From the NCBI GenBank assembly GCA_965242965.1, contig OZ251518.1, positions 4,768,001 to 4,832,000 on the forward strand: a stretch of DNA of 64,000 nucleotides, written 5' to 3'. Positions 50,197 through 58,499 of the stretch are shown one piece after another (position 1 is the stretch's first letter; each line of letters opens with the position of its first letter). The position numbers were made by a program, and so were the translations under genes. The DNA is from Candidatus Poribacteria bacterium (GTDB lineage: Bacteria > Poribacteria > WGA-4E > WGA-3G). A model generated the notes under the pieces. The model did no database searches, had not been told where the DNA came from, and saw only the letters and a program-made list of their open reading frames with translations.

Positions 50197-51735
50197 ATGA
50201 CAACGCCTCTCCTCCACATGCAGTCTATCACGAAAGATTTTCCCGGTGTCCGCGCCTTGGACGATGTCTCGTTTGAGGTGCGAGCCGGTGAGATTCACGC
50301 GCTCTGTGGCGAAAACGGCGCGGGCAAATCGACATTGATTAAGATACTCGGTGCTGTGCATCCGCACGGCACTTATGATGGGCAAATGCACATTGACGGC
50401 GCAGAACAGCGGTTTCACACCGTGCGGGATGCGGAACGCGCTGGCATCGCTATTATCCATCAGGAATTGGCTCTCATTCCGGAGATGACGGTAGCCGAGA
50501 ATATCTATTTAGGCAGGGAACCGCGTCGGTTTGGCATCATTGACAAACGCCGTTTGCATCGCTGCGCGGCGCAGCTGCTCTCGCAATTCGGATTGACACT
50601 GCCGTTACAGACACCTGTCCACGAACTCGGCATTGGACAGCAACAGTTAGTAGAAATCGCGAAGGCTCTATCGCGCAACGCGCGCCTGCTCGTGCTTGAC
50701 GAACCGACAGCGGCGTTAACCGAAAGCGAAGTGGAGGTGCTCCGCCACATACTGGCGCAATTGCAAGAAAAGGGGGTGGCGTGCATCTATATCACGCACA
50801 AACTCAAGGAGATTTTCCAAGTTGCGGATAGGGTGACGGTGCTACGCGATGGCAAAACGGTGGCAACGCAGTCCATCGCGGAATGCACGGAAGCGATTCT
50901 TATCTCGCAGATGGTAGGCAGGGAATTTTCGCGGGATGCACGTTTTCCAAAGCGCGCAGAAGGCGAGCATCGACATAAACAGGTGGCGTTGCGGGTTGAA
51001 AACCTCAGCACAGATGCGCAGGAACCACCGAAACTTGATTCAATTAGTTTTGAGGTGCGGCGCGGTGAAATCCTCGGAATTGCAGGGCTAATGGGTGCGG
51101 GGAGAACCGAACTCATCAGCGTTATCTTCGGCGCGTATGCGGGGAAATGGAGCGGGGATGTGTGCGTCAATGGAAACCCTGTATCAATTCACTCCCCTCG
51201 CGATGCAATTCGGCTCAAGATGGGCCTTGTGAGTGAAGACAGAAAGCGATACGGGCTCATTCTGGATGCCGATGTTACTCGTAATATGACGCTTGCCAGC
51301 TTAGGTGCCTCCGAAAGAATCATCGATGGCAGGGATGAAGTTAAGAAATGCAATCGCTATGTGGAGTCGCTTCGCATCAAAGCGGCATCGCTTAAAGTGC
51401 CTGTGAGTTATCTCAGCGGTGGGAATCAGCAGAAAGTGGTTTTAGGCAAATGGCTGATGACGCGTCCCGACATCTTATTCCTTGACGAACCGACGCGCGG
51501 GATTGATGTCGGCGCGAAAGCGGAAATTCACTCGCTGATAGCGCAACTCGCGGCAGAGGGACTGGCGATAGTGCTTGTCTCATCGGAACTCCCTGAAATT
51601 TTGGGAATTAGCGACCGGATTTTAGTGCTACACGAAGGTAAACTCACCGGCGAATTTATCAACGACGATGTAACGCAAGAGGACATCTTGCGCTGCGCAA
51701 CTCGGGTGGCATCGCCTGATACCAACAACGTATGA
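50197..51735 (+). CDS. sugar ABC transporter ATP-binding protein (XylG/RbsA-like)
   Basis: GENGAGKSTL, LDEPTAAL, second NBD with LSGGNQQKV and DEPTRGIDVGAK. Confidence 0.93.
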   Translation: MTTPLLHMQSITKDFPGVRALDDVSFEVRAGEIHALCGENGAGKSTLIKILGAVHPHGTYDGQMHIDGAEQRFHTVRDAERAGIAIIHQELALIPEMTVAENIYLGREPRRFGIIDKRRLHRCAAQLLSQFGLTLPLQTPVHELGIGQQQLVEIAKALSRNARLLVLDEPTAALTESEVEVLRHILAQLQEKGVACIYITHKLKEIFQVADRVTVLRDGKTVATQSIAECTEAILISQMVGREFSRDARFPKRAEGEHRHKQVALRVENLSTDAQEPPKLDSISFEVRRGEILGIAGLMGAGRTELISVIFGAYAGKWSGDVCVNGNPVSIHSPRDAIRLKMGLVSEDRKRYGLILDADVTRNMTLASLGASERIIDGRDEVKKCNRYVESLRIKAASLKVPVSYLSGGNQQKVVLGKWLMTRPDILFLDEPTRGIDVGAKAEIHSLIAQLAAEGLAIVLVSSELPEILGISDRILVLHEGKLTGEFINDDVTQEDILRCATRVASPDTNNV

Positions 51736-51807
51736 GACAAACGGCTCAAGAGCGGGCACTCTTGCCCTACTTTTGGGAGCCTGATGCCAACAACGTATGA
51801 AACAAAC
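51714..51807. repeat. REP hairpin between 29-bp direct repeats
   Basis: GCCTGAT(A/G)CCAACAACGTATGA(G/A)ACAAAC at 51714 and 51779, flanking GGCTCAAGAGCGGGCACTCTTGCCCTAC. Confidence 0.8.
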
Positions 51808-52228
51808 ATTTAAGACACACAGCCCCGCGGAGACACAAACGCTCGGCGAGCAACTCGGCAAAACGTTGAAATCCGGCGATGTCATCGCGCTTATCGGTGA
51901 ACTCGGAACAGGCAAAACCTGCTTGACGCAAGGCATCGCGCGCGGTATCGGCATCGCGCCAGACGAAGTCGTCAGCAGCCCGTCCTATATCTTAATCAAC
52001 GAATACGATGGGACAATTCCTATCTACCACATCGATTTGTATCGCTTGGAGAACTCGGCGGAAATAGCGGAACTTGGGTTAATGGAATACATGGATAGCG
52101 ACGGCATCTGCATCATAGAATGGGCTGAACGGATGGCGCATGCTTTGCCAGAGAATCACATGCGAATTGACATCAGGTGGGAAGATGAAAACATCCGACA
52201 CTTCACGGTGCAACATCCTGTATCTTGA
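51797..52228 (+). CDS. tsaE: tRNA threonylcarbamoyladenosine biosynthesis ATPase
   Basis: GELGTGKT, VSSPSY, YHIDLYRL, IIEWAE. Confidence 0.95.
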   Translation: MKQTFKTHSPAETQTLGEQLGKTLKSGDVIALIGELGTGKTCLTQGIARGIGIAPDEVVSSPSYILINEYDGTIPIYHIDLYRLENSAEIAELGLMEYMDSDGICIIEWAERMAHALPENHMRIDIRWEDENIRHFTVQHPVS

Positions 52229-53405
52229 CAGCGGTTCCGGCATCGGCGGTGGGCAACGGAGTCTGCTACTGCTGATAAGCCGGTTAGATAAAAACCGTTT
52301 TCGTCCTTTTGTCGGATGCATGAGTGACAGCCCCTTTTCCGCAGAAGTGGCGAAGACAGATGCGCATGTCGTGCCGTTGTCTCTCCCCGCGGCGCACAAT
52401 AAACTGGACAGAACAGATAGGACGCGGCGGTTTACCTTCCGTGATATTCTGAACGATTTAGGGCATCTCCGGGCGATTTATCAAATTCATCGCGCTGTGA
52501 AAAAGCACGAAATTGAACTCATCCACGCCAACTCACTCTCCGTGGCACTGCTCGGCGGCATCGTGGCGAGATGGCACCGCATCCCGATTGTGATGCATAA
52601 ACGGTATGCCACCTCTTACGGCATTTTGGACAAGGTATGTGAAAGGCTCCTGCATCGCGTGATTCTGGTTTCGGAGGCAACGCGATGGGATTTCGCGCCA
52701 GAAAAAAAGCAGTCCTTAATCTATAACGGGGTTGATTTAGCGGCTTTTCAGGCGACAGAGACAGAGGTGGAAACGCTTCGCGCGGAACTCTTATCCACAT
52801 CCGCAGGCGCGCTTGGGAAGCACGGTGCTACAATAATCGCAGGTGTCGTCACCCGAATTACGCCAGAAAAGGGCATCCACTTTCTAGTCCGAGCAATGGC
52901 GGAACTGAAGCGTAAGGACAGATTTCCACATTTGTCCGACATCAAACTCCTCATCGTCGGCGGCCCCTATTTTCAGAAGGACCGCGGTTATATGGCATCG
53001 CTTGAGCAAGAAGTCGCGGATTTAGGCGTTGCAGACAGCGTCATCTTCACCGGATTCTTACCCGATACGCGCGTCGTCACCTCACTGCTGGACATCGTGC
53101 TGGTGCCGTCTATTATTCCTGAGGCATGCCCGCGCACGATTATTGAGGCGATGGCGGTAGGCAAACCTGTCATCGCTACGCCGCTCGGTGGGAGTAAAGA
53201 ATTGGTTACGCCAGAAACGGGGCTGTTGGTGCCGCCCGAAGATGCCTCGGCGATTGCTTCTGCAATTGCGACGTTGGCAGCCGACCGGGGAAGGTTAACG
53301 GCAATGGGAGAGGCGGCGCGCTTACGTGCAGAGGAGTTGTTTAGCAGTGAGAAGAATACGGTGTTAACGGAGACGGTTTATACGGAATTGTTAATGGGCA
53401 AATAG
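52185..53405 (+). CDS. glycosyltransferase family 4
   Basis: GGGQRS, IHAN, VSEA, IYNGVD, R...KG, E......IEAMA.GKPVIAT..GG..E. Confidence 0.92.
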   Translation: MKTSDTSRCNILYLDSGSGIGGGQRSLLLLISRLDKNRFRPFVGCMSDSPFSAEVAKTDAHVVPLSLPAAHNKLDRTDRTRRFTFRDILNDLGHLRAIYQIHRAVKKHEIELIHANSLSVALLGGIVARWHRIPIVMHKRYATSYGILDKVCERLLHRVILVSEATRWDFAPEKKQSLIYNGVDLAAFQATETEVETLRAELLSTSAGALGKHGATIIAGVVTRITPEKGIHFLVRAMAELKRKDRFPHLSDIKLLIVGGPYFQKDRGYMASLEQEVADLGVADSVIFTGFLPDTRVVTSLLDIVLVPSIIPEACPRTIIEAMAVGKPVIATPLGGSKELVTPETGLLVPPEDASAIASAIATLAADRGRLTAMGEAARLRAEELFSSEKNTVLTETVYTELLMGK

Positions 53406-53488
53406 AGCAGAATCGCCACCGCCTCCGTGGGACGAGGGACAGGCCCTCGCCCTACGAGCCCGGAACTCTCGTCAGAGATGAATTCGCA

Positions 53489-54298
53489 TTAGACAAGCGT
53501 CTTCAGAAAATCGATGCTCCGCTTCGCAATCGTCTTCGGCTCGGGTTTGAAATCAAACACTTCCGTTGAGACATAGCCGCTGTAATTAATCGCCTCCAAC
53601 GCCTCAATGATAGGCGGATAGTCAACGTTACCGGAACCGGGGAGGTAGCCGTTGTCGTCATTGGAGTGGAAGTGCGCGACGTGCGGCGCGCAGTTATGAA
53701 TCTGCGTCGGCATGTCCAAACCTTCCTTCGCAGTGCTGCAGACATCCAGAATCATCTGGAAATTCGGGTGATTGACAGCGTTTACCATCTCCACCGCCGT
53801 GTCGGGGTTCGTGATAAAGTTTGTCTGATCGCTGGATAACGGTTCCATGCAAAGCATCACGTCTTTGTCGCCTGCGAGTGCTGCGCCTTCGGTGAACGTC
53901 TCGCGGGCGTAGTCCCACGCCTCTTCAAAAGAGAGGGGTTCCATGACGTTCCGTTGTTGCGGTGAACCGATTACCATGACGCGGCCGCCTAAATCGGCGC
54001 ACAATTGAATCAGCGCGAGGAAATAGTCCCGCGTTTCGTTCCGAATCTCTGCATCGGGGTGATTGATATAGAGTCCCGGTGGTGAGACGAGCAGCCAGTG
54101 GAGTCCGGCGATTTCTATCTGCGCGGTTTCGGCGGCTTTTCGGATGCGTGCGCGTTCGGTTTGGCTGATGTCTAGCACTGAGTCTGCCAGCGTAAACGGC
54201 GCGATTTCAACTGCTTCGTAGCCGAGCTCAGCGGTGTAGGTAAAAACGTCCTCAATCTTCCAATTTTCAAACATTTCGTTGCATATCGCGAGTTTCAT
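53489..54298 (-). CDS. sugar phosphate isomerase/epimerase (D-tagatose 3-epimerase-like TIM barrel)
   Basis: MKLAICNE, GYEAVEIAP, CMEPL, ILD, HFHSND, PGSG.VDY, YSGYVSTEVF. Confidence 0.9.
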   Translation of the reverse strand: MKLAICNEMFENWKIEDVFTYTAELGYEAVEIAPFTLADSVLDISQTERARIRKAAETAQIEIAGLHWLLVSPPGLYINHPDAEIRNETRDYFLALIQLCADLGGRVMVIGSPQQRNVMEPLSFEEAWDYARETFTEGAALAGDKDVMLCMEPLSSDQTNFITNPDTAVEMVNAVNHPNFQMILDVCSTAKEGLDMPTQIHNCAPHVAHFHSNDDNGYLPGSGNVDYPPIIEALEAINYSGYVSTEVFDFKPEPKTIAKRSIDFLKTLV

Positions 54299-54356
54299 TT
54301 TCTTCTCCTATTGCGGGATGTGAGGCGGCGCGGTGTCGCACCGCGCCGCCGGTGGC

Positions 54357-54590
54357 TTAGTTCAAGTATTCATCCAAAACCTTCTTGAAGTCGTCCGGGG
54401 AACCTGCTAGCATCGCTGCCCGATGCAACTCAGTCAGATGCTCCAAATCTTCAATACGCTCCAAACTCGGTTTGAACCGGTATGCGATTTCAGGGTGCAG
54501 CCGAATCTCCAGCACCTGAAGGATGGCCTCTCGTCCTCCCTCCCTCATGGCGGGCGCGGCCAAGTATTCGTAAAGATCAGATTCGTGCAT
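54357..54590 (-). CDS. free-standing Rpn C-terminal module (RpnS-like), cassette 3
   Basis: 77 aa, MHESDLY...SPDDF. GAGG RBS. Confidence 0.8.
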   Translation of the reverse strand: MHESDLYEYLAAPAMREGGREAILQVLEIRLHPEIAYRFKPSLERIEDLEHLTELHRAAMLAGSPDDFKKVLDEYLN

Positions 54591-54648
54591 GGTGTGCTTA
54601 CCTCAATGAAGATGAGGCGGCGCGGTGTCGCACCGCGCCGCCGGTGGT

Positions 54649-54882
54649 TTAGTTTGAGTGTTCATCCAAAACTTTCTGAAAGTCGTCCGGGGAATCTGCC
54701 AAGGCAGCCCCACGGAGCAGCTTGCTGAGGTGTTCCAAATCTTCAATGCCTTCCAAACTCGGTTTGAACCGGTATGCGATTTCAGGGTGCAGCCGAATCT
54801 CCAGCACCTGAAGGATATCTTGCAAGGCGCGTTCTCGGGCGGCGGGCGCGGCCAAGGATTCGTAGAGATCAGATTCGTGCAT
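54649..54882 (-). CDS. free-standing Rpn C-terminal module (RpnS-like), cassette 2
   Basis: 77 aa, GAGG RBS, mosaic of neighbouring copies. Confidence 0.8.
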   Translation of the reverse strand: MHESDLYESLAAPAARERALQDILQVLEIRLHPEIAYRFKPSLEGIEDLEHLSKLLRGAALADSPDDFQKVLDEHSN

Positions 54883-54940
54883 GGTGTGCTTCCCTCAATG
54901 AAGGCGAGGCGGCGCGGTGTCGCATCGCGCCGCCAACGGT

Positions 54941-55174
54941 TTATTCGCCGGTTGCGTCCAAAACTTTCTGGAAGTCGTCCGGGGAATCTGCCAGAACCGC
55001 TGCACTAAACAATTCGTTTAGGCGTTGCATGTCGTCAATGGGCTCCAGACTGGGTTTGAATAAGCGCGCCGTTTCGGGTTGTAATCGGAGTTCTAGTGCC
55101 CGAAGGATATCTTGCAAGGCGCGTTCGCGGGCGGCGGGCGCGCTCAAGGATTCGTAGAGATCAGATTCGTGCAT
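54941..55174 (-). CDS. free-standing Rpn C-terminal module (RpnS-like), cassette 1
   Basis: 77 aa, GAGG RBS, most divergent copy. Confidence 0.8.
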   Translation of the reverse strand: MHESDLYESLSAPAARERALQDILRALELRLQPETARLFKPSLEPIDDMQRLNELFSAAVLADSPDDFQKVLDATGE

Positions 55175-55232
55175 GGTGTGCTTACCTCAATGAAGGTGAG
55201 GCGGCGCGGTGTCGCACCGCGCCGCCGGTGGT

Positions 55233-55466
55233 TTAGTTTGAGTGTTCGTCCAAAACTTTCTGGAAGTCGTCCGGGGAACCTGCTAGGACAGCTGCACGGA
55301 GCAGCTTGCTGAGGTACTCCAAATCTTCAATGCCTTCCAAACTCGGTTTGAACCGTTGCGCCTCTTCAGGCTGCAGCCGAATCTCCAGCACCTGAAGGAT
55401 GTCCTCTCGTCGTCCCTCCCTTAAGACGTGCGCGCCCACGTGTTGGTAAAGATCGGATTCGTGCAT
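55233..55466 (-). CDS. putative intragenic in-frame small protein (RpnS-like) nested in the Rpn gene
   Basis: AGGAGG-cacacc-ATG inside the Rpn CDS. Same 77-aa length and start as the downstream cassettes. Confidence 0.7.
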   Translation of the reverse strand: MHESDLYQHVGAHVLREGRREDILQVLEIRLQPEEAQRFKPSLEGIEDLEYLSKLLRAAVLAGSPDDFQKVLDEHSN

Positions 55467-56111
55467 GGTGTGCCTCCTAATCATTTCCAAAATTTGCTCT
55501 TTCTCATAATCCAAATTGCCCAACATCGCCATGCCACCGAGGTAGGCTAGCTTGTCCGGCACTTCAAGGCTATCCGCGGTCTGGATGCACCGCCGTAACC
55601 ACTCATCCTTGTCCACATCAGCGGGCCGCTTCATCAGCGGCGTGAAGGGAATTAACCCCGTAGTTTTCGCATCCAAAATTGGCTGGCCGTCCATTTCGGC
55701 GAGCCGAACAACTTCATATTCAACCAGAACCTGATTGCCAGGGAGGTTCTGCTCAAATTTGCCCGGGTCGTTTCGCCCCGCGTCGGGACGAAGATAGACG
55801 ACGGTGGAGTAAACATCCATCCTGTAAGTTTCGATCAGCAGGAGGATGTAGACTGCCATGCGGAGAGCCATCGGCGGATCGAAACTGTCCGCGGTTTGAA
55901 ACTCGATGTGGACTAAGACATATTTGCCTCGGAATTTCACCTTGATGAGGACATCTGCCTGATGCATGACAACATCCGGAATTTCAGGCGAGATGACTTC
56001 AACATCGGTTAAATCCTCCACAGCGAGATTTCGCAGGTTGAAGCAGAGACGCACGAAATCTAGTGGATTTTCTTGCGCCTGCTTTTTAGAGGTGCTATCA
56101 AAAATTGCCAT
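55233..56111 (-). CDS. Rpn/YhgA-like PD-(D/E)XK nuclease
   Basis: FD...K, ADVLI...LVHIEFQT, MALRM..Y, VYSTVVYL, YEVVRL, L.PF.PLM. GGAG RBS before ATG 56111. Confidence 0.88.
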   Translation of the reverse strand: MAIFDSTSKKQAQENPLDFVRLCFNLRNLAVEDLTDVEVISPEIPDVVMHQADVLIKVKFRGKYVLVHIEFQTADSFDPPMALRMAVYILLLIETYRMDVYSTVVYLRPDAGRNDPGKFEQNLPGNQVLVEYEVVRLAEMDGQPILDAKTTGLIPFTPLMKRPADVDKDEWLRRCIQTADSLEVPDKLAYLGGMAMLGNLDYEKEQILEMIRRHTMHESDLYQHVGAHVLREGRREDILQVLEIRLQPEEAQRFKPSLEGIEDLEYLSKLLRAAVLAGSPDDFQKVLDEHSN

Positions 56112-56168
56112 CCTTACTCCTGTTTGGCGGCGCGATTTCCGCACCACGCCGCAATTGTTTCTCTGTTA

Positions 56169-56198
56169 ATTATACACTACGTTCGCGGATAATGTCAA
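56169..56198 (-). promoter_or_regulatory. consensus sigma70 promoter for the Rpn locus
   Basis: TTGACA-N18-TATAAT on the minus strand. Confidence 0.75.
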
Positions 56199-56226
56199 CC
56201 CTTTTTTTATACCTACGAAAAATCCC

Positions 56227-56254
56227 TTGACAATACCCCGAATATCTGTATAAT
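56227..56254 (+). promoter_or_regulatory. sigma70 promoter (divergent)
   Basis: TTGACA-N16-TATAAT. Confidence 0.7.
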
Positions 56255-56289
56255 AAGCACATATCACCCACGAAAAATGGAGAAACAAA

Positions 56290-57138
56290 ATGGGATACAC
56301 TTTCGATCCGAACGCAATGTATCGGATGCCCACGCATTTTGGACCGAGGACTGGCCCCAGATTCGGACCCGAGGGCAGAAAATTTGAGTGTAAGGACAAC
56401 CCAAAGTCCACATCGATTTCGGTGAGTTTCCTGACGAACAGCGAACAACTAGAGGCTTTCCTACCCCCAGGTTTCGCGCTCAATGGCGAACCCGTTGTAT
56501 CGGTGTCAGGCGGCTATATGAAGGAGATCGAGTGGCTGGCAGGCCGCGGCTATAACACACTGGGTGTCAGTTTCCCCGTGGTTTTCAACGGCGAAGTAGA
56601 TCGCGCTACCGGCTCTCTTTTGACGGTGCTCTGGGAGAACCTCACAGACCCGATTTTGACCGGGCGCGAGGAACTCGGCTTCTCGAAAATTTACTGTGAA
56701 CTCCCGGAACCGCTCACGTTCAAAGGCGAGACGCACTGCACCGCCAGCTGGCTCGGTTTTAAGTTTATGGACATGCACGTGCGCGCGATGGAACAAGTGC
56801 CTGTCCCGAATTCGCCATCACCGCCGAAGCAAACCAACGCCGAACAACCGCTCACCGGCACATTGCACTATAAATACATGCCGCGGACGGGGGAATGGGG
56901 CACTGCCGATGTTGCGTATGCGGTGCTAACACCGGCAAGCACGCCGAATCGCGTCGTTAAAGAACATTGGCGCGGCGAAGGCACGGTGCAATTCCATAAG
57001 GCGCGCTGGGAAGATCTGCCGACGCAGTATAACATTGTCAACGCGTTCCACGCTCTTGAAGTTATAGAGTGGCGTGGCGCGTCTATTGTGAAAACAGTCG
57101 GCGGCAAAGATCTACGCGACCAGCGGATTCTGCGGTAA
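56290..57138 (+). CDS. acetoacetate decarboxylase family protein
   Basis: YRMPTHFGP, LEAFLPPGF, WLAGRGYN, VLWEN..DPI.TGREELGFSK. Confidence 0.85.
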   Translation: MGYTFDPNAMYRMPTHFGPRTGPRFGPEGRKFECKDNPKSTSISVSFLTNSEQLEAFLPPGFALNGEPVVSVSGGYMKEIEWLAGRGYNTLGVSFPVVFNGEVDRATGSLLTVLWENLTDPILTGREELGFSKIYCELPEPLTFKGETHCTASWLGFKFMDMHVRAMEQVPVPNSPSPPKQTNAEQPLTGTLHYKYMPRTGEWGTADVAYAVLTPASTPNRVVKEHWRGEGTVQFHKARWEDLPTQYNIVNAFHALEVIEWRGASIVKTVGGKDLRDQRILR

Positions 57139-57154
57139 TGATTTTTTGTTGTTC

Positions 57155-57343
57155 GCGAGGCACTCCTGTCCCTCGCCATCGTTTTGCTGTCAGACCGCAT
57201 CACTCCTGTAGTTCAGGATCGCCTGCTCCTGACCCGTTCGGGAGCAGGCGCTCCCGAACTACAGAGGTGGGCCCAATGTCTTCCGGTATTCGCCTGCCCT
57301 CCAAAGGGGGATAACTACCGAAACGGAGTTATGAAACACCCTC
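57155..57343. mobile_element. MITE remnant with only the right TIR
   Basis: Ends with CCGAAACGGAGTTATGAAACACCCTC. Largely the reverse complement of 19229-19360. Confidence 0.7.
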
Positions 57344-57345
57344 AA

Positions 57346-58182
57346 TCAGTCCATCACGCTGCCGCCCGCGACGGTGACAGATAACCCAGTCAGATACGCG
57401 GCTTCTTCGGAGGCGAGGAATGCGGCCATGTTCGCCACGTCCGCGCCTTCGGCGAGCCGTCCTAACGGCACCGATGCCTCCGCGCGCCGCGCAAACTCAT
57501 CACGTTGCTCATCGGCGGAGAGCGATGCCGACATTAAGGCGGATGCCAGATGGCCGACACGCTCTGTATCTACAAGGCTTGGACAGATGGCGTTGACGTT
57601 CACGCCGTGCGGCGCGAGCTCATACGCAAGCGACTGCGTTAACCCGATAACGGCGAATTTTGATGCACTATAGGCCGCATAGCGCGCCGAACCGCGTTTT
57701 CCGGTCACAGACGAGAGATTGATAATCTTGCCGCCGGTCCCTTGCGAAATCAGGCGGCGTGCTACGGCTTGGCAGCAGAGGAACACGCCTTTCACGTTAA
57801 CGCGCTGCACTCTATCCCATTCTTCTTCGGCGAGTTCAACGATAGGCACCCGGTCCTTCCCGGCGATGGTTCCGGCGTTGTTGACAAGGATGTCGATTTT
57901 CCCGAAGTGCGCCGCAGTCTTGTCTACCATCTCGGCTACCTGCGCTGCATCTGAAACATCGGCGACGACGCTGAGGGCGCGCTGCCCCATCGCTTCGATC
58001 TCGCGGACGACATCTGGCAAGCCTTGCCATTCCGTTTCATTCGCGGCGTAAGGATGCGCGGTGATGTCGTTGACGGCTAGGTCTGCGCCTTCTTTCGCTA
58101 AGCGGGTGGCGATGGCGCGGCCGATGCCGTTTTTGCCGCCCGCGCCTGTCACCAAGGCGACTTTTCCGTTTAGGTTATACAT
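57346..58182 (-). CDS. SDR family oxidoreductase
   Basis: ALVTGAG...GIGRAIA, LVNNAG, YSASK, VNAICP. Confidence 0.95.
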   Translation of the reverse strand: MYNLNGKVALVTGAGGKNGIGRAIATRLAKEGADLAVNDITAHPYAANETEWQGLPDVVREIEAMGQRALSVVADVSDAAQVAEMVDKTAAHFGKIDILVNNAGTIAGKDRVPIVELAEEEWDRVQRVNVKGVFLCCQAVARRLISQGTGGKIINLSSVTGKRGSARYAAYSASKFAVIGLTQSLAYELAPHGVNVNAICPSLVDTERVGHLASALMSASLSADEQRDEFARRAEASVPLGRLAEGADVANMAAFLASEEAAYLTGLSVTVAGGSVMD

Positions 58183-58205
58183 TTGGTTACCTCTTTATTC
58201 GGTAG

Positions 58206-58480
58206 ATCGCGAGGGACAGGCCCTCGCGCTACGGTTAAGGGACAGCATGCAAGGGACAGGCCCTCGCGCTACGGGGAAAAACGCTGTCCTTTCACGGAAC
58301 GATCGCGAGGGACAGGCCCTCGCGCTACGGGAAAAACGCCGTCACGTTACGTAGGGCGGGGGCCTGTCCCCCGCCATGCTGCGGTCCACCGGAAACTCGC
58401 GAGGGACAGGCCCTCGCGCTACCGGAAAAAAACGCTGTCCTTTCACGGAACGATCGCGAGGGACAGGCCCTCGCGCTACG
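58206..58480. repeat. tandem GTAG-REP cluster
   Basis: Five (C)GCGAGGGACAGGCCCTCGCGCTAC-type units and a repeated AAAACGCTGTCCTTTCACGGAACGAT. Confidence 0.85.
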
Positions 58481-58499
58481 CGAAAAAAACGCGCCCCTG

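Larger units (their letters stand above)
54322..55232 (-). repeat. 292-bp tandem array: conserved hairpin/RBS spacer plus Rpn C-terminal ORF
   Basis: GGCGGCGCG(G/A)TGCGACACCGCGCCGCC hairpin at about 55199, 54907, 54615 and 54324. ORF starts at 55466, 55174, 54882 and 54590. Confidence 0.92.

Noticed and set aside
54322-55232. Integron cassette array or CRISPR
   Set aside because: The hairpins lack attC RYYYAAC/GTTRRRY ends, no integrase is present, and the inserts are paralogous ORFs rather than unrelated cassettes or spacers.
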